DNA from: Thermomicrobiales bacterium
Lineage (GTDB): Bacteria > Chloroflexota > Chloroflexia > Thermomicrobiales > UBA6265
Direction: 5' to 3'
Assembly (NCBI GenBank): GCA_019637585.1
Contig: JAHBVL010000009.1
Coordinates: 1,222 to 65,221 of the forward strand
DNA: 64,000 nt
A program made the translations under genes and the position numbers. The notes beneath the pieces are model-generated. The model had not been told where the DNA came from and searched no databases. It saw only the letters and a program-made list of their open reading frames with translations. This document shows, piece by piece, positions 1-10,247 of the stretch (its first letter is position 1; each line of letters opens with the position of its first letter).

Positions 1-1125
1 GGTTCCCTGTGAATAGACCTTGGCGACGACGAGTACCCCATTGCTGGTCGAAGGACCGCTACGGACGTTCAACGCCGTTTTGACGACGATCTTCTCGCCA
101 ACCCGGTAGTCGCCGGCGGTGACGGTTCCGGATGGCGTCGTTGTCTGCGTTGGGGTGTAGGTCAACGTCGCCGTCATCGTTGCCGACGCGCTGGGATCGA
201 TGGTCGGCGTCTGTGTCGGCGTCATCGTCTGGGTTGGCGTTCTCGACGGTGTCGACGTTGCCGCCGGAGAGACAACGACCACATATTCAGCCGCCAGCCA
301 TCGCTGGCCGCCCGCAGACGAACCCATATCGATGCGGATCCAGTTGTACCCATTGCGGAGCACCGGACCCTCGAGCACGCTATACCGCTCGTCTCGTTTG
401 ACGACGGCCACGATGGTGCCGCTCGTCGAGCCGCTGCTGCGAACATTCACCGCGGATGCGTTGATGCGAATCGTATCGCCCGGCTTGATGTTCTTGTAGG
501 TGCTGGGTGTGCTCGTGATGGTCGGCGTCAGCGTCGGCGGTGTTGGGCCGTCGATCCGCAGAACATAGTTGGCCGCAATCCAGCGCGGGTCAGTGTCCGG
601 GGTTCCCATATCGATGCGAACCCACCAGTAACCCTCGGCTGAAATCGGTCCTTCCAGAACCTGGAACTCCTGATTTCGGTTGACCACACCGGCCAGGGCG
701 CCATTCGCTTGCGGCGTGCGCCGAACGTTGAGGGCCGCCGTATTGATCTTGACCCAGTCGCCAACCAGAATGTTCTTGTAGATCGGCGTGGCCGTTGCTG
801 TCGCAGTCTCGGTCGGATCATCAGCAGCGGGCTGCACGGCATTACTTGTTGCAGAGGCTGCCGCGGTGAGCTGGGCCGAAACTTCAGCTTCCTGCTCGGC
901 AACCGTGGTCTGGTTGACCGAGATGGCAGTCTGTTCCGCGTCGATTGCGGCTTGCGTCTGTTGCGCCGCCGCGGTTTCTGTTTCCTGCTGAGACGCGGCA
1001 AGCGCCGCCTCGGCGGTCTGCGTAGCCGCAACCTCATCCTGAGCGAATGCGATCTCCGGAGCCAGCCAGACCGACTGACTGGCAATCAGACTCGCCAGGA
1101 GCAAAAGCAATCCGAAACGTTTCAC
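1..1125 (-). CDS. Secreted multi-SH3b-domain protein with Thr/Pro-rich linkers (3' end runs off the window)
   Basis: Not in the ORF track; translated by hand. GGGGAGG RBS, then GTG at 1125: MKRFGLLLLLASLIASQSVWLAPEIAFAQ (signal peptide), followed by repeats ALNVRRTP..VLEGP..GYWWVRI, AVNVRSSGS..VLEGP..GYNWIRI and ALNVRSGPS, separated by TPT-rich linkers. No stop codon before position 1. Confidence 0.85.
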   Translation of the reverse strand, partial: MKRFGLLLLLASLIASQSVWLAPEIAFAQDEVAATQTAEAALAASQQETETAAAQQTQAAIDAEQTAISVNQTTVAEQEAEVSAQLTAAASATSNAVQPAADDPTETATATATPIYKNILVGDWVKINTAALNVRRTPQANGALAGVVNRNQEFQVLEGPISAEGYWWVRIDMGTPDTDPRWIAANYVLRIDGPTPPTLTPTITSTPSTYKNIKPGDTIRINASAVNVRSSGSTSGTIVAVVKRDERYSVLEGPVLRNGYNWIRIDMGSSAGGQRWLAAEYVVVVSPAATSTPSRTPTQTMTPTQTPTIDPSASATMTATLTYTPTQTTTPSGTVTAGDYRVGEKIVVKTALNVRSGPSTSNGVLVVAKVYSQGT

Positions 1126-1263
1126 CCGAACCTCCCCTGGTCCGCGCGACCCAGAGGTCACACCCTTTTAATTCCCAATGACTATTCTACAAGGTGTCGC
1201 CCGGGACGGAAACCCGCCTGTTTGTCAAAGAAGGTTTTGTTGAGAGCAAATCAGAAGATCGGA

Positions 1264-3990
1264 TCACCCGGTGTTTTTCAGGGCGCCTGCAATGCCATTG
1301 ATGCTCAGCAGCACAGGCCGCAGCAACTCGTCCGGGTTGCCGCCATTGCGCAACCGCTTCAACAGTTCGACCTGGATAAACGACAGCGGATCGACGTAGG
1401 GGTTGCGCCGGTCGATCGACGTCTGAATGACCGCTTCCCGGTCGAGGAGGCGGTGTTGTCCCGTGACCGCGAGAAGGGTCTGGCAGGTTCGGTCATATTC
1501 ATCCTGGATGCGCGACCAGACTCGTTCACGCAGCTCCACGGGTTCGACCAGCTGGACATAGCGTTCAGCAACGGGCAGGTCGGCTTTGGCCAGCGCCAGC
1601 TCGGCGTTTGCCAGAACAGCGCCGAAGAAGGGCCAGTCCCGTTCCATGTCCTGCAAGTGATCCAGACCAAACTGGGTGGTCGCCCGTTCGAGAGCGGCCC
1701 CCAGACCATACCAACCCGGCAGCAGAATGCGTGACTGCGTCCATGAGAAGACCCAGGGAATGGCCCTCAGGTCCTCGATGCGGCGCGATTGCGTCCGGCG
1801 GGCCGGTCTCGAGCCGATTTTCAGCTCGCCCAGTTCGCGAATGGGTGTCGCCTGCTCGAAGAATGGGACCAGATCGTCATCGCCATAGATGAGATCACGA
1901 TAGGTTTCAGCCGACCAGGTGGCCATCTGCGACATGGTCGATTCATAGACCGCGAGTCGATCGGGCGCGGGCATAGGGAAAGCCCCAACGGTGCTGACCA
2001 GAACAGCCCCGGTCACCAGCTCCAGCTCACGAGTGGCGATTTCCGCGATGCCGTATCGCCCGGCGACCACCTCTCCCTGTTCGGTGAGCTTGATTCGTCC
2101 CTGAACGGTGCCGGCTGGTTGGGCAAGGATGGCGATGTTGGTTGGCCCGCCACCCCGGCCGATCGATCCTCCCCGGCCGTGGAAGTAGGTGAATGGGATA
2201 TTGCGCTCGTCAAAGAGGCGAGTCAAACCCACTTGCGCGTCATAGAGCGACCAGGAGGACGCGAGGTAGCCGATTTCCTTGTTCGAGTCGGAGTAACCGA
2301 GCATGACCTCCTGATCGCCACCCCATGATTTCTGTGCGGCGCGGTAGACGGGCTCGTCCAGCAGTGTCTCGAAGAGGACCGGACCAGCGGCCAGTGAAGC
2401 GCCCTGTTCCAGGAGTGGGGCGATCTTCAGCATGGCGCCACCGCCGCCAGTTTCCGCCAGCCGGTTCTCCTTCATCAGGAGCAGCACAGCCAGAACATCG
2501 GATGGCTGCTCCGCGCCGGAGATGATGTAGGTCTGCAGCGCGTCCCGGTGTCCCGAATTCATCAGTTCGCGAGCTACCCGAAATGTGCCGATGACATCCT
2601 GGGTCGACTCAGAAAAGTGGCTGATATCGTGAGGCGTGAGTGGTCGCGGATTGCCGATCTCCCGGACCAGAAGAGTCCGCTTCAGCTCTTCGGGCAGATC
2701 GGCGTATCCGCTGACGACTCCAACCGCGTCGAAGATCTCGTCGATCGCTTTGGCGTGCCGGAGGGCGTGATCCCTGAGATCGAGTTTGGCGAAATGGAAT
2801 CCGAAAACCTCGACCAGCCGGATCAGGTCGTGAATGTCTCCGCCCAGAATCAGGGGCTCACCCTGGTCGATCAGCGCGGTTTCGATCGTTCGCAGCTCGC
2901 CAAGCAGATCCCCCGGACCCCGATAGCCGTCAGGTGATCCGATCCGGGTTTCGCGCAATCGCTCCCGCATCAGGGTGAGCAGCTGGCGATAGGGTTCGTC
3001 GGGATTCCGGGCGTCGAGGTCGGCGGCGACGTCCGGATAGCGCTCCCGGTAGCTGGTCAGAAGCGGGTCGAGCTCTGGGCTGATCCCGACAACGGTCTCC
3101 GATACGGATAGGCGCCCCGCCACCTGTCCCAGCACCCCGTCGATCGCGCTCAGGCACGATTCCCGCATCAGTGTCAACGTCTGCCGGGTCACGTCGGGCG
3201 TGACAAACGGGTTGCCGTCTCTGTCGCCCCCCACCCAGGATCCGAAGGTCAGAAATGGCGGAACCCTGATCTTCTCCTGTGGGTAGTACTCGGCGACTGC
3301 TTCCTCGATGTCCCGGTAGATCTCCGGGAGAACATCGAAGATCGTGGTCCGGAAGTGAATGAGGATCGCCTGCAGCTCGTCGAGCACAGTGAGGCGAAAC
3401 GAGCGAACGTCGTTCGAGCTCCAGAGCTCGGCAATCGTGGCCGACAGCCGCTCCCGCACGCGCTCGGCGGCATCAGGGCGGGTGGCTCGCTCGTCGAGAT
3501 CGCGCAGCACGCGGAAAATCCGGGCCTGTTTCTCCAGGACGGTTCGCCGCCGCGCTTCCGTCGGATGGGCTGTCATCACCAGTCGCACTTCGGCGCGGTC
3601 GAACAGCGTTTGAATATCGTCCGCCGTCAATCCGGCGTCCCGCAGCATGCGGATCGCTTCCCGGATCGACCCACGACGGGCTTGTGGGTAAGTGGAGAGC
3701 TCCCGGCGCCGGATGCGGCGGATGCGCTCGTTGTCTTCCGACAGGTTGATCAGATTGAAGTAGCTGGTGAATGCCCGGATGAGGAGGCTGGCGTCGTCGA
3801 TGGACAAACCCGCCACCATCTGCTCCAGCGCTTCGCCGGCGGTGTTGTCTTCCTGACGGTGGTTTTTGGCCAGGGAACGAACTTCCTCCTCGAGCGCAAA
3901 AGCACCCTCGCCGGCCTGACTGCGGATGACGTCACCGAGCAGATCGCCGAGCAGGTAGATATCGTCAGAAATCGAACGCTGTTGCATCAT
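1264..3990 (-). CDS. ppc: Phosphoenolpyruvate carboxylase (bacterial type)
   Basis: Motifs VMTAHPTE, GSWVGGDRDGNP, QEVMLGYSDSNK, FHGRGGSIGRGGGP, LRAIPWVFSWTQ and C-terminal KNTG. Confidence 0.97.
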   Translation of the reverse strand: MMQQRSISDDIYLLGDLLGDVIRSQAGEGAFALEEEVRSLAKNHRQEDNTAGEALEQMVAGLSIDDASLLIRAFTSYFNLINLSEDNERIRRIRRRELSTYPQARRGSIREAIRMLRDAGLTADDIQTLFDRAEVRLVMTAHPTEARRRTVLEKQARIFRVLRDLDERATRPDAAERVRERLSATIAELWSSNDVRSFRLTVLDELQAILIHFRTTIFDVLPEIYRDIEEAVAEYYPQEKIRVPPFLTFGSWVGGDRDGNPFVTPDVTRQTLTLMRESCLSAIDGVLGQVAGRLSVSETVVGISPELDPLLTSYRERYPDVAADLDARNPDEPYRQLLTLMRERLRETRIGSPDGYRGPGDLLGELRTIETALIDQGEPLILGGDIHDLIRLVEVFGFHFAKLDLRDHALRHAKAIDEIFDAVGVVSGYADLPEELKRTLLVREIGNPRPLTPHDISHFSESTQDVIGTFRVARELMNSGHRDALQTYIISGAEQPSDVLAVLLLMKENRLAETGGGGAMLKIAPLLEQGASLAAGPVLFETLLDEPVYRAAQKSWGGDQEVMLGYSDSNKEIGYLASSWSLYDAQVGLTRLFDERNIPFTYFHGRGGSIGRGGGPTNIAILAQPAGTVQGRIKLTEQGEVVAGRYGIAEIATRELELVTGAVLVSTVGAFPMPAPDRLAVYESTMSQMATWSAETYRDLIYGDDDLVPFFEQATPIRELGELKIGSRPARRTQSRRIEDLRAIPWVFSWTQSRILLPGWYGLGAALERATTQFGLDHLQDMERDWPFFGAVLANAELALAKADLPVAERYVQLVEPVELRERVWSRIQDEYDRTCQTLLAVTGQHRLLDREAVIQTSIDRRNPYVDPLSFIQVELLKRLRNGGNPDELLRPVLLSINGIAGALKNTG

Positions 3991-4353
3991 GCCTTGTGCA
4001 CCGTTTGGCCAATCGGTCGGCGCGCCGCCCCCGGAGTACGCTGATAGTAGCGGCTCGGCTCCGGTGCGGATTCCCGCGCCGACTGGAGCATGTCACCTCG
4101 CCCCAAAAAACGGGCTTGCGAGTGAGCGGAACAATACAAGGAATCGCTCATCGGACCGAAAGCGGTGGTGCTTGACCGGCGTTTCGGCAGTGGCGGCGCG
4201 ATCGGAGAAGGGGTGCGAGACTGCGGGTCGTGCGTCCACGCCGATGCACTGACTTGTAGCGACGAATGCCGCATCACGTATGGATCGTCGTTGGTGGAGA
4301 GAGATCGCCACCGGCGAGGCTGAAGGTCCCGTTCATGGCAGGGGAGAGTGATC

Positions 4354-5442
4354 ATGGTTCAGAAGACATATCGCATCGCAGTCGTTCCCGGTGACGGCAT
4401 CGGCATGGAAGTCACCCCTGAGGCGATCAAGGTGCTCGACCGCGTTGCCGAGCTGAGTGGCGGCGCGTTCGGTTTTTCGTATACCTCGTTTCCCTGGGGA
4501 TCGCACTACTACCTCGAAACCGGCACGGTCATGGACGAGGGTGGGCTGGAGACGTTGCGATCGTTCGATGCCATTCTCTTTGGAGCAACCGGCTGGCCGA
4601 CCGTGCCCGACCACGTCAGCTTGTATGGATTCAGGCTCGTCGTTTGCAAAGGGTTCGATCTTTTTGCCAGCGTGCGGCCGGTCCGCCTCTTTCGCGGCAT
4701 CCACAGTCCGTTGCGAAACGGCACCCCGGAAACGATCGACTGGATCATGGTCCGGGAGAACTCGGAAGGGGAGTATTCCGGAATCGGCGGACGCAACCTC
4801 GGCAGCCGTGGAGATGGCAAAGAGCTGGCGATCGAGTCGGCGCTCTTTACGGCCGAAGGATGCGAGCGGATCATCCGCTATGCGTTCGAAATCGCCGCCA
4901 CCCGTCCCCGGAAACATGTGACCAGTGTGACCAAGAGCAACGCCCAGCAGTACGGCATGACCCTCTGGGACGATTGCTTCGCCCGCATTCGGGCGGAATT
5001 CCCGGAGATCGGCGCCGATCAGGTGCTCGTCGATGCCTGTGCCGCCCGCATGGTGCTTCATCCCGAGTCGTTCGATGTCGTGGTGGCGTCGAATCTGTTC
5101 GGCGACATCCTCTCCGACCTGGGTGGCGCGATTGGCGGCAGTCTCGGTATCGCAGCCAGCGGCAATATCGATCCGCTGCGCCGCAATCCCAGCATGTTCG
5201 AACCGGTCCATGGATCGGCTCCCGACATCGCCGGACAGGGGATCGCCAATCCGATCGCGACGATCTGGTCGGCGGCGATGATGCTCGAACATCTCGGAGA
5301 ATCGGCGGCCGCGAATCAGATCATGAACGCAATCGAGCGTGCCACAGCCAGCGGCATGGTAACGAGAGATCTCGGCGGATCCGCCACAACAGCCGATGCT
5401 GGAGACGCAATTCTCCATGCACTCGAGGGAAATGACGGATAA
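4354..5442 (+). CDS. Tartrate/D-malate dehydrogenase (decarboxylating), isocitrate/isopropylmalate dehydrogenase family
   Basis: [69 protein letters not shown] upstream. Confidence 0.85.
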   Translation: MVQKTYRIAVVPGDGIGMEVTPEAIKVLDRVAELSGGAFGFSYTSFPWGSHYYLETGTVMDEGGLETLRSFDAILFGATGWPTVPDHVSLYGFRLVVCKGFDLFASVRPVRLFRGIHSPLRNGTPETIDWIMVRENSEGEYSGIGGRNLGSRGDGKELAIESALFTAEGCERIIRYAFEIAATRPRKHVTSVTKSNAQQYGMTLWDDCFARIRAEFPEIGADQVLVDACAARMVLHPESFDVVVASNLFGDILSDLGGAIGGSLGIAASGNIDPLRRNPSMFEPVHGSAPDIAGQGIANPIATIWSAAMMLEHLGESAAANQIMNAIERATASGMVTRDLGGSATTADAGDAILHALEGNDG

Positions 5443-5452
5443 CGCAGGGGTC

Positions 5453-5508
5453 TTGACGGCTCCGATTGACCTGACATAGTCTAATTCTGACTTGATGAGT
5501 CAGAATTA
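5453..5508 (+). promoter_or_regulatory. Probable promoter (TTGACG...CATAGT) with a palindromic operator TAATTCTGACT-N5-AGTCAGAATTA
   Basis: Perfect 11-bp inverted repeat at 5482-5492/5498-5508 in an AT-rich patch directly upstream of the iron ABC operon. Confidence 0.7.
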
Positions 5509-5541
5509 TTCGTATTCATCGTGAGACTGGAGAAATCAGGC

Positions 5542-6603
5542 ATGAGTTATCGCGTACACGGCGCCATCCAGGATGTGGGCGCTGCCTCTCTGACCCGCCG
5601 TTCGGTGCTCACCGGGGCTGTCGCTGCCGCTGGAGTGGTTGCCGCAGGGCGATTGCCGGTGCTGGCACAGGATGGTGGGGAGATCACTGTCTACTCGGGC
5701 CGCAACGAGAATCTGATCGGCCCGATTCTGACGCAGTTCCAGGAAGCGACTGGCATCACCGTCAATGCCCGCTATGGGAGCACCTCCGAGATCGCCGCGA
5801 CGATTCTCGAAGAGGGCGCCAACAGCCCGGCCGATGTGTTTCTTTCGCAGGACGCTGGCGCGCTCGGCGCGGTTCAGGCCGAAGGGCTCTTCACCCAGCT
5901 TCCTGAGGCGACCCTGGGTCTCGTCGACCCGCGCTACAACTCGGCCGATGGTCTCTGGGTGGGACTGACCGCCCGAGCTCGCGTTCTCGCGTACAACACC
6001 GAAGAGTTGACGGAAGCCGATCTGCCGGCGTCGGTCAACGATCTCACCGATGCAAGCTGGAACGGCCGGATCGGCTGGGCGCCGACCAACGCCTCGTTCC
6101 AGTCATTCATCACCGCCTACCGGGTGCTCGAGGGCGAGGACGCGGCAAAGGCATGGCTGGAGGCAATGTCCGCCAATGGCACGGTGACGTTCGACGGCAA
6201 CGGTGCGATCCTTCAGGCGGTCGCCGATGGCGAGCTTTCCGGTGGTCTGATCAACCACTACTACCTGTATGGCGCTGTCGCCGAAGCCGGCGGTCCGATC
6301 GGTGCGGCGAATTACTACTTCCCCGGCGGGGATATCGGCAGTCTCGTCAACGTCACCGGGATCGGCATCCTGCAGACGGCGCCGAATGCCGCCAATGCGC
6401 AGACGCTGATCGACTATCTCCTGGGCGAGGAAGGTCAGACCTACTTCGCGCTGGAGACGTCGGAATACCCGGTTGTGGCCGGGATCGAGACGGTGGAGGG
6501 TCTCCCGGCGCTCGAGGAGATCGAGGCCCCAGACATCGACCTGAGCGATCTGGCCGATCTGCAGGGGACACTCGAACTGCTGGCGGAGGTTGGGCTGGTC
6601 TAA
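5542..6603 (+). CDS. Fe(III) ABC transporter substrate-binding protein (FbpA/FutA type), Tat-like signal
   Basis: TRRSVL twin-arginine leader; VYSGR, SPADVF, WVGLTARARV, NHYYLY (tandem Tyr iron ligands), EYP motifs. Confidence 0.9.
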   Translation: MSYRVHGAIQDVGAASLTRRSVLTGAVAAAGVVAAGRLPVLAQDGGEITVYSGRNENLIGPILTQFQEATGITVNARYGSTSEIAATILEEGANSPADVFLSQDAGALGAVQAEGLFTQLPEATLGLVDPRYNSADGLWVGLTARARVLAYNTEELTEADLPASVNDLTDASWNGRIGWAPTNASFQSFITAYRVLEGEDAAKAWLEAMSANGTVTFDGNGAILQAVADGELSGGLINHYYLYGAVAEAGGPIGAANYYFPGGDIGSLVNVTGIGILQTAPNAANAQTLIDYLLGEEGQTYFALETSEYPVVAGIETVEGLPALEEIEAPDIDLSDLADLQGTLELLAEVGLV

Positions 6604-6680
6604 CCGCTCGTTTGAACGGAAGCTGACGATCGCGCCAGGGCAGAATCTGCCCTGGCGCGCCGCGCGCTCACAGGAGATCG

Positions 6681-8333
6681 ATGTCCCTGGCGGCTGGAAC
6701 ACGGAAGCATGCGTTGGACGGGCCGCGATGGCCCGCCCGGGCCGCCGGTGTGCGCCAGCCTCCTCTGGTGCTTGTCGCCCTGGCCCTGGCGGTCGCGGCG
6801 CTCGTCCTTTTGCCACTCATCTACCTCATCATTCGGGCGTCGGAAGCGGGGGAGAAGTTCCGCACGCTTCTCCTGCGGGACCGCACCCTCGAGATTCTGA
6901 TCAACACCATCCTGCTGTCGGTTTCGGTGGCGATAACGGCCGCGGTGATCGCCGTGCCGGCTGCCTGGCTGGTCGCCCGAACCGACATGCCAGGCGGGCG
7001 CTGGCTCTCCCCGCTTTTCGCGCTGCCGCTGGTCATTCCGTCGTACATCGGCGCACTCACCTTCATCGTCATTCTTGGTCCGCGTGGTGAGCTGAGCCGC
7101 TGGCTGGAAAAGAGCGCCGGAATCGAGGCATTTCCGTCGATCTATGGCTTCTGGGGATCGTGGCTGGCGCTTTCCCTCTTCACCGCTCCCTATGTCTTCC
7201 TGACAGTGAGTGCCGCGTTGCAGGGTATCGACCCGGTCCACGAGGAAGCGGCCCGGTCGCTGGGCAAGGGATCGATCGAGTCGTTCATGAGAACGACTCT
7301 GCGGCAGCTCAGACCGGCGATCTTCTCCGGCATGCTCCTCTCCGCACTCTATGCGGTTAGTGATTTCGGCGTCGTCAGTCTGATGCGCTACGACTCCCTG
7401 ACCAGGGCCATCTTCGTCCAGTACCAGGCTTCTTTCGATCGCTCCTATGCGGCCCTGCTCGGGTTGGTGCTGGTGGCATTTGCATTGCTGCTGGTTGGCG
7501 CGGAATCGATGCTACGGGACAAGGCGGTCTACTACCGGATTGGATCGGGTGTGGCCCGGCAGCGGCAGCCTCGTCAGCTTGGCTGGAAGAAGGCGCCGGC
7601 GCTGCTCTTTGCCGGGGTGGTGCTGCTTTTGTCACTCGCCTTGCCGCTGATCGTGCTGGTGCGCTGGCTGGTGCGGGCGCTCAGGAGGGGGGAGTCGTTC
7701 GACCAGCTCCTGACCGTGACAGGCAACACCCTCGTTCTGGGAATCGCCGCGGCACTGATCACCACAGCCGCCGCTCTGCCGGTGGCACTGCTCGCTGGCC
7801 GATACCGAAGCCGGATCGGCGCCGTCATCGAGCGAACGACCTACATCGGGTATGGACTGCCGGGCATCGTCATCGGGTTGTCGTTCGTGTTTCTCGGCGC
7901 CAACTATCTCATTCAGCTCTATCAAACAGTGCCGCTGCTGCTGCTGGCCTACATGGTACGGTTCATTCCGCAGGCGGTCGGATCGACCAAATCCTCTCTG
8001 ATGCAGGTCAATCCCCGCATGGAAGATGCTTCCCGCGGTCTGGGCCGGAGCTGGACAGCAACCATGGCGCGGATCACGATGCCGATCGCCATGCCCGGTG
8101 TGCTGGCCGGCGCTGCGCTTGTCTTTCTCACCGTCGTCAAAGAGCTCCCGATGACTATTCTGTTGCGGCCAACCGGGATGGACACGCTTGCCACCGAAGT
8201 GTGGACCGCGTCCAGTGACCTGCGATATGGCGAAGCTTCGGGGCCGGCTCTGATGCTGATTCTCGTGTCGGCGATTCCTTCGGCTGTCATCTTCGCCCGG
8301 GCGCGGCAGACAGCGATGCGAGGTGACGCCTGA
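6681..8333 (+). CDS. Fe(III) ABC transporter permease (FbpB type, two TM modules)
   Basis: Hydrophobic 550 aa with two EAA loops (EEAARSLG, EDASRGLG) and KELP.T.LLRP. Confidence 0.9.
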   Translation: MSLAAGTRKHALDGPRWPARAAGVRQPPLVLVALALAVAALVLLPLIYLIIRASEAGEKFRTLLLRDRTLEILINTILLSVSVAITAAVIAVPAAWLVARTDMPGGRWLSPLFALPLVIPSYIGALTFIVILGPRGELSRWLEKSAGIEAFPSIYGFWGSWLALSLFTAPYVFLTVSAALQGIDPVHEEAARSLGKGSIESFMRTTLRQLRPAIFSGMLLSALYAVSDFGVVSLMRYDSLTRAIFVQYQASFDRSYAALLGLVLVAFALLLVGAESMLRDKAVYYRIGSGVARQRQPRQLGWKKAPALLFAGVVLLLSLALPLIVLVRWLVRALRRGESFDQLLTVTGNTLVLGIAAALITTAAALPVALLAGRYRSRIGAVIERTTYIGYGLPGIVIGLSFVFLGANYLIQLYQTVPLLLLAYMVRFIPQAVGSTKSSLMQVNPRMEDASRGLGRSWTATMARITMPIAMPGVLAGAALVFLTVVKELPMTILLRPTGMDTLATEVWTASSDLRYGEASGPALMLILVSAIPSAVIFARARQTAMRGDA

Positions 8334-9421
8334 TGGTCCAGACCATCGAATCGCCGCCGACCGATGAACAGACGGCGCTGCGTCCGCCAGTGCTTCAGAT
8401 CACGGGATTGGAAAAGCGCTACCGGAATGTGCCGGTTGTCGACACCATCGATCTCGCGGTGCATCAGGGCGAGGTGCTCTCGATTCTGGGACCGAGCGGC
8501 TGCGGCAAGACCACGACACTCCGGCTCATCGCCGGTTTCGAAGAACCAGATCGCGGTTCGATTGAAATCGGTGGGCAGTTGATGTCCCGGCCAGGCCGAT
8601 GCGAACCGCCCGAAAAGCGGCGGGTCGGCATGGTCTTCCAGGACGGCGTGCTCTTTCCTCATATGAGCGTTGGTGACAACGTCGGTTTTGGCGTGGAATC
8701 GAGTCAACGCCGGGAACGCGTCGCCTGGGCGCTCGAGGTTGTGGGGCTCGGCGGGTTGGCCTCTCGCATGCCCTACGAGCTCTCAGGGGGGCAGCAACAG
8801 CGCGTTTCGCTGGCACGGGCGCTCGCCCCCAACCCGAGCATCATTTTGCTCGACGAGCCGTTTGCCAGTCTCGATGCCGCGCTCCGAACCCGTCTGCGAA
8901 CCGATGTGCGCCAGATCCTGGCAGCCGTCAGCGCCACCGTGATCTGGGTCACCCACGATCAGGAGGAAGCGCTCTCCCTTTCCGACCGGGTGGCGGTGAT
9001 GTTCAATGGCGTGATCGTGCAGGATGCGGCTCCGGAGGAGCTCTACCATCGCCCTGTTTCGCGCGACGTGGGGATGTTCGTCGGCGATGCCCAATTTCTG
9101 CCGGGGAGCGCGTCGGGACGCCGGGTGACCTGCGAACTCGGCGATCTGCCGACCTATACCGCGGCCGAAGGCGAAGTCGATGTGATGATTCGGCCAGAGG
9201 CCCTTCGGCTGACGCCGGCAGGCCCGGATGTCGTCCCCAATGCTGTGGTGACCGACCGCCTCTTCTTCGGGCACGATCAGCTGTTGCGCATCGAGTTGGC
9301 CAGCGGGACCACGCTCAATGCCCGGCTGGGCTCGTATGGCGGTATCCGGCCCGGAGACCGGGTTCGTGTATCGCTGCGCGGCGCCGTGCTGACCTTGCAG
9401 ACCGACCGGGAAAGCGTGTGA
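8333..9421 (+). CDS. Fe(III) ABC transporter ATP-binding protein (FbpC type, C-terminal TOBE)
   Basis: [25 protein letters not shown]; TGATG overlap with the permease. Confidence 0.92.
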   Translation: MVQTIESPPTDEQTALRPPVLQITGLEKRYRNVPVVDTIDLAVHQGEVLSILGPSGCGKTTTLRLIAGFEEPDRGSIEIGGQLMSRPGRCEPPEKRRVGMVFQDGVLFPHMSVGDNVGFGVESSQRRERVAWALEVVGLGGLASRMPYELSGGQQQRVSLARALAPNPSIILLDEPFASLDAALRTRLRTDVRQILAAVSATVIWVTHDQEEALSLSDRVAVMFNGVIVQDAAPEELYHRPVSRDVGMFVGDAQFLPGSASGRRVTCELGDLPTYTAAEGEVDVMIRPEALRLTPAGPDVVPNAVVTDRLFFGHDQLLRIELASGTTLNARLGSYGGIRPGDRVRVSLRGAVLTLQTDRESV

Positions 9422-9927
9422 ACGCGGCATCGACCATCCGGACCACCAGCGCTAACGAAACGCGTGCCGCTGGCGCCTCGCTCGCCGCGCAGCTTGTGCC
9501 AGGGGATGTTCTCCTCCTGCATGGCGATCTCGGAGCGGGAAAAACCACCCTCATACAGGGGCTTCTGGCGGGATTGGGAGTCGACGCTCCGGTCAACAGC
9601 CCGACCTTTGTGCTCGTTTCGGACTATGCCGGACATGTGGCGTCGGGCCAACCCGTTGCAATCCACCATGTCGATCTCTACCGGTTGAACGATCCGTCTG
9701 AACTCGATTCGACCGGCTATTTCGATCTGATCGACGATTCCAGCGGGCTCCTCATCGTCGAATGGCCCGAACGCGCGGCGTCCTGCCTTCCTGAACGCTA
9801 CGTGCTGGTGACGATCGACTTCGCTGGTGAGGAAGCCAGAACGATCACGATCGACGACCGTTCGGGCCGCGATCGTCTACTGGCCATCGTGGGTGATCGA
9901 AACCACCGGTTGAAAACCGGTGGCTAA
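9418..9927 (+). CDS. tsaE: tRNA t6A biosynthesis ATPase TsaE
   Basis: [30 protein letters not shown]; GTGA overlap with the upstream ATPase. Confidence 0.95.
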   Translation: MNAASTIRTTSANETRAAGASLAAQLVPGDVLLLHGDLGAGKTTLIQGLLAGLGVDAPVNSPTFVLVSDYAGHVASGQPVAIHHVDLYRLNDPSELDSTGYFDLIDDSSGLLIVEWPERAASCLPERYVLVTIDFAGEEARTITIDDRSGRDRLLAIVGDRNHRLKTGG

Positions 9928-10009
9928 AACGTCTGGTGCGTCCCGGTGGGCGTGCTGTCCAGATTGGACTTGTCGATAGGATGATGAAGCCAGATTCCCC
10001 CTCATTTGC

Positions 10010-10088
10010 GTCGCCTCGCCATACATGGCGCTGGTCCGCGATGAACACCGGCGCTGTGGCTGCGGGGATGCGCCATAAATGGCGAGGC
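10010..10088. repeat. Inverted pair of REP-like palindromes (family D, GTAGCCTCGCCATTTATGGCGC-like)
   Basis: GTCGCCTCGCCATACATGGCGC at 10010-10031 and GCGCCATAAATGGCGAGGC at 10070-10088; another copy at 35970-35991. Confidence 0.7.
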
Positions 10089-10247
10089 TGAGAGTGGTGT
10101 GAAGCGATGTGAATGGCGGGGTCGCGGAGTAGCGTGAAGCACCATGTGGGATGGCGACTCCGGTAGACTTCGATGCTGGCAGCTGCGTCTCGGCTGCTGC
10201 CAGTTGGTAATCAGTCTGTGAACGCTCTGCAAAGCGCTGGCGACATC

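Noticed and set aside
528-1734. ORF-track calls 528-1085 and 709-1734
   Set aside because: Alternative-frame or antisense shadows of the SH3 protein and ppc.
4122-4150. lac-operator-like GTGAGCGGAACAAT with a TGAGCG/CGCTCA repeat
   Set aside because: Only a partial match, no LacI-type symmetry and no vector context.
4290-4345. Glycine riboswitch (GGAGA...GAAGG)
   Set aside because: No CTCTCAGG segment and no supporting stems.
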